Shown here: positions 37,303 to 45,530 of the stretch, piece by piece
Layout: every line of letters begins with the position of its first letter
How positions within the stretch are numbered: the stretch's first letter is position 1
Source of the DNA: Bryobacterales bacterium
GTDB taxonomy: Bacteria > Acidobacteriota > Terriglobia > Bryobacterales > UBA6623
Direction of reading: 5' to 3'
NCBI GenBank assembly: GCA_965217195.1
Contig: CBDCHL010000001.1
Coordinates: 182,175 to 246,174, forward strand
Length of the DNA: 64,000 nucleotides
Notes under the pieces: generated by a model
Told to the model about the DNA's origin: nothing
What the model saw: the letters and a program-made list of their open reading frames with translations, nothing else
Database searches by the model: none
Made by a program: the position numbers and the translations under genes

Positions 37303-38604
37303 ATGAGCTTTACCACAGGTCAATTCGATCGCAGGCACTTCGTCAAACTGGGCTCCTTGAGCCTGTTTGGGTCGTTGAGCTTGGGGGATCTTCTATCGCT
37401 CCAAGCAGCGTCGCCCTCCAAGGAGTCGAAGACGGACATCTCGGTCATCCTGTTCTGGCTTCAGGGCGGGCTAAGCCAGCTCGAGAGCTTCGACATGAAG
37501 CCCGGCGCGCCGTCGGAATACCGCAGTCTCTACAAGCCGATCCCGACCAACGTGCCGGGCTTCCAGATATGTGAGAAGCTCCCGGAGCTGGCCAAACGGG
37601 CGGACAAGTACGCGACCATCCGCTCGATGACGCATCCGTTCCCGGACCACGGGGCCGCTTGCGTGATGATGATGACCGGCCATAAGCAGTTGGCTACCAT
37701 CGAGTTTCCAGTAATCGGGTCGGTGGTCGCGAAAGAGTTGGGTCCCAAGACAGACCTGCCTCCTTATATCCGCATCCCGAGGGCAATCATGGGCATGGAA
37801 ACGCCCGGGTACCTGGGTCGGCAGTACGCTGGTTTTACGGCGGGGGACCCCAACGCGGAGAACTATCAGGTTCGCGATCTGACCCTTCCCATGGGCGTGG
37901 ACTGGGGCCGCATGGATCGGCGCCGTGGCCTGCTTGCGATGGCTGATCAGTCCTTCCGCCGGATCGAGTCCGCTAATCAGTTCGAGACCATGGACTCCTA
38001 CCACCAGACGGCCTACGCGATGATGAGCTCGCCGGTCACCAAAAGGGCCTTCAACATCCACGAGGAGTCTGACGCTATCAAGGAAAAGTACGGCCGCACC
38101 TCCATGGGCCAGGGCGCCCTGTTAGCGCGCCGCCTAGTGGAAAACGGCGCGCGGTTTGTGACCGTTTCCCAGGAAACCCAGATCTGGGACATGCACTGGG
38201 ACATCTTCCAGCGCAGCGACGAGAACATGCCTCCGCTCGACCGGGCCGTCGCTGCGCTCCTGGACGATCTCGAAGACCGCGGGATGCTCGACACGACGTT
38301 GGTGATCGTTACCGGCGAGTTTGGTCGGACGGTGGAGATTAGCTCTGTCGTGGGCCGCGATCATTGGCCCAATGTTTTCTCACTGATCGTGGCCGGCGCC
38401 GGGATTACCGGCGGCAGGGTGTACGGCGAATCCGATGAGATCGGTAAGTTCGTCAAGAACGATGCCGTCCAGGTGCACGACTTCATGGCCGCGATTTACC
38501 ACAAGCTCGGGATTGACTACACCCACGAGTACATGAGCAACGTCGGTCGACCGGTAAGAGTCCTCCCCGACGGCAGCGAGCCGCTCGAGTTCCTCATGAG
38601 CTAG
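37303..38604 (+). CDS. DUF1501 domain protein (sulfatase-fold, Tat-like signal)
   Basis: FDRRHFVKLGSLSLFG.., ..ILFWLQGGLSQLESFDMKP.., ..GEFGRT....GRDHWP.. are hallmark DUF1501 motifs. This is the usual partner of DUF1549/1553 genes. Confidence 0.85.
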   Translation: MSFTTGQFDRRHFVKLGSLSLFGSLSLGDLLSLQAASPSKESKTDISVILFWLQGGLSQLESFDMKPGAPSEYRSLYKPIPTNVPGFQICEKLPELAKRADKYATIRSMTHPFPDHGAACVMMMTGHKQLATIEFPVIGSVVAKELGPKTDLPPYIRIPRAIMGMETPGYLGRQYAGFTAGDPNAENYQVRDLTLPMGVDWGRMDRRRGLLAMADQSFRRIESANQFETMDSYHQTAYAMMSSPVTKRAFNIHEESDAIKEKYGRTSMGQGALLARRLVENGARFVTVSQETQIWDMHWDIFQRSDENMPPLDRAVAALLDDLEDRGMLDTTLVIVTGEFGRTVEISSVVGRDHWPNVFSLIVAGAGITGGRVYGESDEIGKFVKNDAVQVHDFMAAIYHKLGIDYTHEYMSNVGRPVRVLPDGSEPLEFLMS

Positions 38605-38650
38605 GCCCGGGACTCTCCTCGGCTGAAGTGCCTCCGGGGCGGCTGCACAA

Positions 38651-39016
38651 ATGAAGTCAGACTCTGCCTATGAATACGATCTGATCTGCAGCTTCGACTG
38701 CATTCATGACATGGTAGACCCGCTCGGCACGCTCGAGGCCATCCACGGAGCGTTGGCGGACGATGGAGTCAACCTGTGGGCCGAACCCAACGCTTCACAC
38801 AACGCACACGAGAACCGAAACCCGCTAGGCCAGGTTTTTCACTCCATTAGCCCGCTCCACTGCATGACCGTCTCACTCACCTATGATGGTGCCGGCCTGG
38901 GCACTGTGATCGGGGAGAAGGGTGCGAGAGAACTAGCCGAACAGGCCGGCTTTTCGTGTTTCGAGAAGGCCCCCATCGACGATCCCTTCAATCAGTTCTT
39001 TGTTCTTCGTAGGTGA
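38651..39016 (+). pseudogene. Class I SAM-dependent methyltransferase, C-terminal fragment only
   Basis: ..YDLICSFDCIHDMVDPLGTLEAIHGALADDG.. is the post-motif-II region. The GxGxG SAM-binding N-terminus is missing. Confidence 0.55.
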
Positions 39017-39029
39017 ACCTACAGCGCGC

Positions 39030-39179
39030 CGATTTAGTGAGCGGCGGTCGAACCAGCCGGCCCGCGCCGTTCGTGGTCGCCATGACGTAGTGGATGGCGT
39101 CTTGCTGTCCGCCGCCGTGCGGGATGACCGGGATGTCGTAAGCCGCCGCGAGCGCTGCCCCGCAGCATCCGTTTTTCAC
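39030..39179 (-). pseudogene. Short fragment resembling the C-terminal part of an enolase-superfamily (mandelate racemase-like) enzyme
   Basis: ..AAAYDIPVIPHGGGQQDAIHYVMATTNGA.. only. Very short and weak. Confidence 0.25.
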
Positions 39180-39186
39180 CGGCTGG

Positions 39187-39931
39187 ATGACGGGACGCGA
39201 TGAAACCCTCGCGGCCTGGCCCCGCAGCGAAGAAGTCGTCCGCAGCCAGATCGCTGAATACTACGGCCTCGTCACGCACATGGATCACGAGATCGGGCGA
39301 ATTCTCGAAGCGCTGGAGAAGACCGGCCAAAAGGAAAACACGATCATCATCTACGCCGCCGACCACGGGCTGGCGATCGGCAGCCACGGCCTGCTCGGCA
39401 AACAGAATCTCTATGAGCACAGCACGCGCGCTCCCTGGCCTTTGTGGGCGGCAGCATCCCGCAAGGCCGGTCGTCCGAAGCCCTGGTCTACTTGTTTGAC
39501 ATCTTTCCGACCATTACCGAACATCAACTCGCCTGAAGGCGTCGAGGGTGAGAGCCTGGCGCCCCTCTGGCGAGGCGAGAAAACCGGCCTGAGGGACTCG
39601 CTGTTCACCGCGTATGAAGAAGTCATGCGGGCGGTGCGCGACAGCCGCTGGAAGCTGATCCGCTATCCCCACATCAACAAGTCGCAGTTGTTCGACTTGG
39701 CGAACGACGCCGGCGAGATGAATGACCTGTCGGCCGACCCGGCGCAGGCCGAACGGCTCCCAGGCCATGACGACCCTGCTTGCCGACTGGCAGCAAAAGG
39801 TCGGTGACGAAACGCCGCTGGTCTCCGCCGAGCCCCAAGACGAAGCCACCGACCTCACCGGCCGAGAGCGAACCCCCGATCAGCACCAGCCCGACTGGAT
39901 CCTGGAGAAGTATTTCTCAAAGACCGAATGA
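39187..39931 (+). pseudogene. Sulfatase (arylsulfatase family) C-terminal remnant with at least 3 frameshifts
   Basis: ..IAEYYGLVTHMDHEIGRILEALEKTGQKENTIIIYAADHGLAIGSHGLLGKQNLYEHSTRAP, then ..LVYLFDIFPTI.. in another frame, ..GESLAPLWRGE.., and the tail ..LLADWQQKVGDETPL.. in ORF 39722..39931. The catalytic N-terminus is absent. Confidence 0.75.
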
Positions 39932-40386
39932 AGCCGTGGCGCGCGCGTTGCGATGCCTGCAATTCGGGCGGTGATTGCTATTGCGTCCTGAGATCAAACT
40001 CAGTCAGCGAAACCGTCACGACGCAAGAAACTCCAGCTCGGCTTCCACCAGCAACCCCTCTTGCCGGCGCCCAGTGCGTATTCCCGATAACAAGGAAACA
40101 CTAGTTCGCTTCGGTCGAATCCCCTCCCACCAGTGGTGTTGATGCATCAACGTGAGCGCTCGATCGACACGCCCCGCTTGATCGATGGTGATAACAATCG
40201 ATCTGTTGAGCAAAGGTTTTTTGCGGCTCCAGCGCCCGGCATCGGCTCGGTTTTCGGTCCCGGTTTCCGGCCCGTCGCCCTATCCGCCCCTACCCGCCCT
40301 GTCCCCGGATCGCCAAGTCGATTCGGGCGGCCGATTGCGGTCGCGCCCGACAACCTTGCCGTCTTTGCGGCTACCATAGCTGAACG

Positions 40387-41658
40387 ATGTCGTCGGGTGT
40401 TCAAAGACGGGCCGTCCAGATGTTGGCGCTGGTTGTTTCCGGTGAGGCGATTTTCGTGTTGCCGTTCGTTCTTGCGCGTGTCTTTCGCCCGACCCTCCTC
40501 GACGTGTTCGGTCTCACCAACCTGCAGCTCGGCACGATGTTTTCGCTCTACGGAATCGTCGCCATGGCGTCGTACTTCCTGGGGGGGCCGCTGGCCGACC
40601 GGTTTTCCGCTCGCCGGCTGATGTCCGTCGCGCTGGTCGCCACCGCGGCCGGCGGAGCGGTTTACGCAACCATCCCGCCGGCCGGGACGGTTGCCGTTCT
40701 CTATGCCTATTGGGGAGCCACCACGATCTTGCTTTTCTGGGCGGCCTTGCTTCGGGTGACGCGAGAATTGGGCGGACCGGCCGGCCAGGGTAGGGCTTAC
40801 GGGATCCTGGACAGTGGACGCGGCTTGACCGCGGCGTTGTTGGCTTCCGTAACGGTCACCTTGTTTGCGTTTCTGCTTCCCGATCCGGCGGCCGCGACCT
40901 TAGAGCAACGCACCGACGCCTTGAGCAAGGTGATCTGGGTCGCGGTCGGCCTGGCGTTCGGGGCCGCGGTCTTGGTATGGGCCGCTTTGCCCGAGGCTCG
41001 CCCGACGACGCCCGACGCGCGGCCAAAGCTTACGCTCCAGGGATTACGCTTCGTTATCCGCCTGAAAACCGTTTGGTTGCAGGCCGTCATCGTAGTCTGC
41101 GCCTACGTGGCCTTCAAGAGCACGGATAACTTTTCTCTTTTCGCCCGGGATGCACTGGGCTACGACGATGTCGCGGCGGCGCTAATCGGAACGCTGGCGC
41201 TGTGGATGCGGGCGATCGCGCCGGTCGCGGCGGGGTTGCTGGGCGACCGGATCGGCGTTGTTCGGGGGATCTCGATAGGCTTCATCTTGTTGACCCTGAT
41301 CAACGTCGCCCTCGCGTGGGGAGTTCTTAGTTCGGGAGTCCCTTGGAGCGCTTTCGCGGCCGTGATCGCGGGCGCAAGCGTCGCGACGTTTGCGCTTCGA
41401 GGCCTCTATTTTGCCGTGTTCGACGAGGCGAAAGTGCCGGTAGCGTTTACGGGGTCGGCGGTCGGAATCGTTTCGGTGATCGGCTACACCCCCGACGTTT
41501 TCGCGGGTCCGATGATGGGTTACCTGCTCGACCGCTCTCCGGGATCGCCGGGGCACCAGCACGTGTTCGCCGTGGTCGCCGCATTCGCCGCCACAGGGCT
41601 TGTCGCCGCTTTGCTGTTCGATAGGGAAGCACACAAGCCCGCTCCACGAGGGCCGTGA
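40387..41658 (+). CDS. MFS transporter
   Basis: About 12 predicted TM segments; ..LGGPLADRFSARRLM.. matches the MFS loop 2-3 motif (G..aDR.GrR). Confidence 0.75.
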   Translation: MSSGVQRRAVQMLALVVSGEAIFVLPFVLARVFRPTLLDVFGLTNLQLGTMFSLYGIVAMASYFLGGPLADRFSARRLMSVALVATAAGGAVYATIPPAGTVAVLYAYWGATTILLFWAALLRVTRELGGPAGQGRAYGILDSGRGLTAALLASVTVTLFAFLLPDPAAATLEQRTDALSKVIWVAVGLAFGAAVLVWAALPEARPTTPDARPKLTLQGLRFVIRLKTVWLQAVIVVCAYVAFKSTDNFSLFARDALGYDDVAAALIGTLALWMRAIAPVAAGLLGDRIGVVRGISIGFILLTLINVALAWGVLSSGVPWSAFAAVIAGASVATFALRGLYFAVFDEAKVPVAFTGSAVGIVSVIGYTPDVFAGPMMGYLLDRSPGSPGHQHVFAVVAAFAATGLVAALLFDREAHKPAPRGP

Positions 41659-42000
41659 AAAAATGGGGGCTGCACCGAGCGCCGACCGAATAAGTTCCAT
41701 GGAATCAATCGGCTTCGACGGCGCGAAGCGGACTGTCCCCGATTTTTTCACACCCCATCACGGTCGCGGACCTGAAGCGCACCGCGCGGCTTTCGGCCGC
41801 GAGGGGCAAACATACCAAAGAAGCCGAACCGGCTGCCCGAGCGACCGCGGGCACACCTGGCGAACCCGTGCCGAGCGGGCGTCGATGATCGGTTCACACC
41901 GGAGCCGCGGCGAAACCGGATTTCGGCGCCTGCCGCGGTGCAAGATTCGGCACACAGCGCGAATCCGGGACCTAAGCTCTTGAAAATAAAAAAGCAATCT

Positions 42001-42027
42001 TGGCGGAAGCTAGTGGGAGTCGAACCC
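42001..42027 (-). other. Orphan tRNA 3'-end fragment (T-loop to CCA), likely an att-site scar
   Basis: The minus strand reads GGGTTCGACTCCCACTAGCTTCCGCCA (GTTCGA T-loop, 7-nt acceptor strand, discriminator G, CCA). The 5' side of the T stem does not pair, and no 5' half lies within 100 nt. Confidence 0.5.
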
Positions 42028-42184
42028 TTTCCGGGCTGTTTTCGGGGGCCTTGCAGGGGACTAAGACGCTTATTTTTCAACAAACAGGTTCCCCCGCAGT
42101 CCCCTCCTCCCGGGCGGCTCGTCTCCCCACGGTGTCCGGGGCCCAAGTCGGCAAGAACGGGGGGTGGGGGTACACTGTGAAACG

Positions 42185-42448
42185 ATGCCGCCCCGGCCTG
42201 AATCCACTGCCCGTCGAGAAGCTTCCCGTCAACTGCGCGCCATCCTGGATGCCGTTGACCGTGGAGACGTGCAGGCCGATTCCCCTTTAGCGAAACGCAT
42301 GCTCCGACGTATCGAGGGCGCAATTACGGCACTGGAGGCGAAGCGGAAGGGAAAGCGAAGCGACCCAGAGAAGGCGAGTCGGGTATTCGGAGAAGGCGTT
42401 CCCGCCACGATGCCCGGGGGTCCATTGGTGTGCACGCCCCCGTGGTAA
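42185..42448 (+). CDS. Small hypothetical protein (87 aa)
   Basis: MPPRPESTARREASRQLRAILDAVDRGDVQADSPLAKRMLRRIEGAITALEAKRKG.. is helical and resembles small ORFs I recall from integrative elements. No family name assigned. Confidence 0.4.
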   Translation: MPPRPESTARREASRQLRAILDAVDRGDVQADSPLAKRMLRRIEGAITALEAKRKGKRSDPEKASRVFGEGVPATMPGGPLVCTPPW

Positions 42449-42463
42449 TCAGTAGTTTTAGAC

Positions 42464-42551
42464 TGGACACAGTGGACATTGTGAGCGATTTGTTGTCCAC
42501 AGCGTGTCCAAAGTGGACGTTTTGACGTTGTCCAACATATGGACATGTCCA
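42464..42551. repeat. Array of eight TGGACA/TGTCCA hexamers in 88 bp, including a perfect 12-bp palindrome TGGACATGTCCA
   Basis: TGGACA at 42464, 42473, 42540; TGTCCA at 42494, 42505, 42529, 42546; variant TGGACG at 42514. The palindrome is at 42540-42551. Confidence 0.85.
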
Positions 42552-42821
42552 CATCGGGTCATCGACAGATACTGCGAGAGTTCTGGCCCCCTAGGCCGTA
42601 ACGCCGCGCCGGAAGTTACTTCCTCCCCGTTAAGTCCCGTCTGCGAACGGCAATCGCGCGATTTTGGCCCGTAAGTCCTTGTAGTATCTATAACTTGAGA
42701 CCGGTATGGCGCTTCTGCAATCGGTAACCAATCGCTTCGGCCGCTCCGATTGCTAATGCTAACCCGATATCGCAACAGTTATCCGCGGACGAGCGCTATA
42801 TGGCTCGTTTCGGGGGGGCTT

Positions 42822-42990
42822 AGTCCCTCTTGTGATCGAGGAACTCTTCGTGCCAGTTCACAACCACTCGGATTGACGGGTTAGGAGTTTCTCCGTTCAC
42901 GGGCTCAACGAATACGAAGCGCTGGCGATCCGCCCGACGGGAGCGGGATCTTCGGGCCGTTGAAACCCACTCGGACGACAAACCTTGTCT
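42822..42990 (-). pseudogene. C-terminal fragment of a TolB/PD40-like beta-propeller protein
   Basis: My translation: ..ADRQRFVFVEPVNGETPNPSIRVVVNWHEEFLDHKRD*. The ending (I.VV.NW.EE(L/F)) is common in acidobacterial propeller/kinase proteins. No upstream part is present. Confidence 0.35.
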
Positions 42991-43065
42991 GTTCCGTCCT
43001 TCCGCATAATGCAGCGGTTTAGGATGCAGATAGGCACGATGGCTTCCGGCACTCTCAGCGATTGA

Positions 43066-44043
43066 CTAAACAGCGCACAACTCGAACTGAATCCATTGTG
43101 CCTGCTGCGAGTGCCACCATCTGTGAAAGGCGCCCGAGCGTCTCGTAGCTGAATCGATGATCCGCGCGGGAACAACCACCCGCAGCGGGTCCACGTCGAA
43201 TGGATACGGCTTCAACGCGATCCGACGGGCGTCGGCGGGCCGCACCTCAATTGTCACCCTGTCCATCCAGCTTGCACGAGGGACTTCCAGCAGGTCGAAT
43301 GGATGTTCACCAAGTCCCGTGGCTTCGCCGGACAAGGGCGGGATGTGTGGGGAACACAACGACAACGATAGCCCATCGAGGAGTTGAAGCAGGCGCACAT
43401 TCGGTTTCAGGTTTTCCGGGTCGACCCACGATGCGGTGACTGGGTTCCCCCGAAGCCGGGTCGAGAAATCGGCCTGCTGCGCTTCGAGATCAGCGACAAA
43501 CTTGCGGGCTTCGTCGATAGATCCCCCGACGAGCTTTTCGGGCGCACGCTTCCAAAACAGGGGATGAAGAAACGCCGGATCGGGGTCACGTTTGGACCTA
43601 GCAGCGTAGAGCCAGTAGGCATGAAAGCTGATCAGCAGACTGACATAGGGATGCTCCTCGCTGAAACGGGGAATGCCCCGCTGCCAGCGGTCCATCCCCT
43701 CCTGTTGGTTCTTCAGCACCTCGGCAAGATCCAGCGGAAGATCGTCAAGACCCCCTAGCTCTGGAATGGCCTCCCATTCCCACCAGCCGTTGTCGTGTTC
43801 AGCAATGGCCAACACCGTCTCCGCACAAAGCTGCTCAGGATCGTGCGCATGGGCGAAGTGTCCGGGAGCGGCAAACTGATCATTTCCCCAGTGGGCCGCC
43901 AGATACCCAGCGACACCCCCGTGATCCGGCTGACTGACCAACCAGGTATAGTTGTCGCGGTGAGTTTTCAGCACTGCACTTGACTCCTTTTCCGATGGTG
44001 GACCGTCCAATTCTACCGTTTCGCGGATAGCTGTCGCGAACAA
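43066..44043 (-). CDS. Hypothetical protein, DUF3891-like (HD-related motif HDNGWWEWE)
   Basis: ..WLVSQPDHGGVAGYLAAHWG..VLAIAEHDNGWWEWE.. resembles DUF3891 as I recall it. Start (TTG 44043) uncertain. Confidence 0.45.
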   Translation of the reverse strand: MFATAIRETVELDGPPSEKESSAVLKTHRDNYTWLVSQPDHGGVAGYLAAHWGNDQFAAPGHFAHAHDPEQLCAETVLAIAEHDNGWWEWEAIPELGGLDDLPLDLAEVLKNQQEGMDRWQRGIPRFSEEHPYVSLLISFHAYWLYAARSKRDPDPAFLHPLFWKRAPEKLVGGSIDEARKFVADLEAQQADFSTRLRGNPVTASWVDPENLKPNVRLLQLLDGLSLSLCSPHIPPLSGEATGLGEHPFDLLEVPRASWMDRVTIEVRPADARRIALKPYPFDVDPLRVVVPARIIDSATRRSGAFHRWWHSQQAQWIQFELCAV

Positions 44044-44167
44044 TCGATGTCACAAACTATGACATTTTTTGTCCCCAGGTGCTTGAGACGGCTCGGGTTG
44101 CCGTCAGACGGACCTCGTGCTGAGGGATCCCTCACCGCCGATTGTCGAGTGGGAAATCATTTCTCGA
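44039..44167 (+). repeat. 130-bp structured repeat, copy 1 (inverted relative to 56422..56551)
   Basis: About 88% identity by eye to the reverse complement of 56422..56551. Contains ATGTCA-n7-TGACAT, the palindrome TGAGGGATCCCTCA, and a GTCGAG..CTCGA hairpin. Confidence 0.85.
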
Positions 44168-45055
44168 AACCTATCTCTCCACGGTGCCCCGGGGCTCCGG
44201 GGCATGCCCAAAGGGGCGCGGAGTTGGCTCGCTGGAACGTGCGATCCGGCTTCTAACGGACCGGAAGGTGGAGGGTACACCACACCACTCGGACGTCGCT
44301 TCAGCTTTATTGGTTGGAGGCGACGGGACTCAACAGCCCCAGAGGCCTTGGACCAGCGGCTTTCTCCCCAAACCGAGCAAGCCCTTCAACTGATGTTCAG
44401 CCTCCAGCGCGACGACGGCGCCTGGCACTCAGTGGACACTTGGCCGCCGTTTGAATCGGACGTCTATCAGCTCGCGACCGTCGCGGCGATGGGCGTGGGC
44501 ATGGCACCGGGATGGCTGGAGCAGGCCACGTCCGGCGAGCTGCCGAAACACATTTCCGGTCTGCGAGAGCACCTTGGACGGGTGGCTCCGCCGCATGACT
44601 ACGCCCGCGTAGCGTTGCTTTGGGCGGATCAATATTTCCCGGGCGTGATCGGCGCCGAGAACAAGCGGGACGTGATCAGGATGATCCTGGACCATCAGCG
44701 CCCGGACGGAGGATGGTCGATTCGCTCTTTCTCTGAGCCTGAGAAGTGGGGGCGGGGCAATCGCGCGGAACGCTTGCGAGCCGAGACAGACTTCGGCGAT
44801 CCCCCAAGTGATGGTCATCAGACTGGCTTGTCGGTTGTGGTTCTGTCGTCCGCGGGGGTGCCGCCAACTCACCCGGCTGTGAAGCGAGGTGTTGCCTGGC
44901 TCGAGGCGAACCAGAGACAATCGGGCCGCTGGTGGACGAAGTCACTCAATACGGACAAGTGGCACTTCATCACCTATACGGGGACACTCTACCCAGCGAT
45001 GGCCCTGGCGGTGACTGGTTCCGTGCCGAGTCTGAGGGATCGAAGTTTCGACTGA
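44117..45055 (+). CDS. Prenyltransferase/squalene-cyclase-repeat (alpha/alpha toroid)-like protein, probably 5'-truncated
   Basis: ..LQRDDGAWHSVDTWP.., ..LDHQRPDGGWSIRSF.., ..WLEANQRQSGRWWTKS.. are repeated QxxDGGW-type motifs. The N-terminal 50 aa or so of the ORF overlap the 130-bp repeat and are unlikely to be coding. Confidence 0.5.
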   Translation: MLRDPSPPIVEWEIISRNLSLHGAPGLRGMPKGARSWLAGTCDPASNGPEGGGYTTPLGRRFSFIGWRRRDSTAPEALDQRLSPQTEQALQLMFSLQRDDGAWHSVDTWPPFESDVYQLATVAAMGVGMAPGWLEQATSGELPKHISGLREHLGRVAPPHDYARVALLWADQYFPGVIGAENKRDVIRMILDHQRPDGGWSIRSFSEPEKWGRGNRAERLRAETDFGDPPSDGHQTGLSVVVLSSAGVPPTHPAVKRGVAWLEANQRQSGRWWTKSLNTDKWHFITYTGTLYPAMALAVTGSVPSLRDRSFD

Positions 45056-45292
45056 TTGATGAAGTTTGCCGGCTGCTGATCGAGGTCCTGGACCCAAAGT
45101 TGCCTATCTGCGGCCCCGGCGAGAAACGCGATATGCCTTCCATTGGGCGAGATCGCAAGGTCGGTGCTGTAGGGGTCGGTTCGGACAGTTTGTCGGCGGC
45201 GTAAACGAAAAGGGGGTTAGAACGAAGCCGCTCGCGCGACGGACGCTACGCGTGGGGGGATGAGAACGGGGTTTCCCTAAAAGAAATATCTT

Positions 45293-45323
45293 GGGTCACA
45301 AGAAAGAAGGTTTCTTGTGACCC
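45293..45323 (+). promoter_or_regulatory. Perfect 13-bp hairpin GGGTCACAAGAAA-gaagg-TTTCTTGTGACCC enclosing an SD-like loop and the GTG start of an integrase remnant
   Basis: Arms at 45293-45305 and 45311-45323. The loop GAAGG looks like a ribosome-binding site, and GTG 45317 lies in the 3' arm. Confidence 0.5.
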
Positions 45324-45415
45324 GTTTACGCAAAACGATGCTGGAAGAACTCCAGCGTCGCAATTACTCTCAGACTACCGTAAAGGCCTACCTGAGCACC
45401 GTCGAGGCCTTTGCC
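45317..45415 (+). pseudogene. Tyrosine integrase N-terminal remnant (about 33 codons)
   Basis: MTRLRKTMLEELQRRNYSQTTVKAYLSTVEAFA parallels the N-terminus of the remnant at 30048. The similarity then ends. Confidence 0.65.
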
Positions 45416-45530
45416 ACAGATGACCTTGGGAGTCACACCGGTACCCCACACGCCACCAGTTCGGTGGATCGTGCGAAAGATCCGTCCGGTTGTGATACGG
45501 CCGGCGCTCGTCCAGTCGTCGACCGCACAC

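Noticed and set aside
42001-42213. Possible tmRNA or giant tRNA-like RNA. A 5' GGAAGCT at about 42207-42213 (minus strand) can pair with the 3' AGCUUCC-G-CCA end, and the following UCUCGACGGG resembles the tmRNA 5' motif UUCGACGGG.
   Set aside because: It is only about 213 nt. There is no G3:U70 alanine identity pair. There is no plausible tag ORF ending in ..AA-stop. The T-stem does not close. A 7-mer match within 300 nt is not improbable enough. I kept only the 27-nt 3' fragment as an att-like scar.
42464-42551. CRISPR-like or tandem-repeat interpretation of the TGGACA array, and likewise of the 9-bp repeat at 59281-59316.
   Set aside because: The units are 6-9 bp with no spacers of 25-40 bp, orientations are mixed, and no cas genes are in the window.
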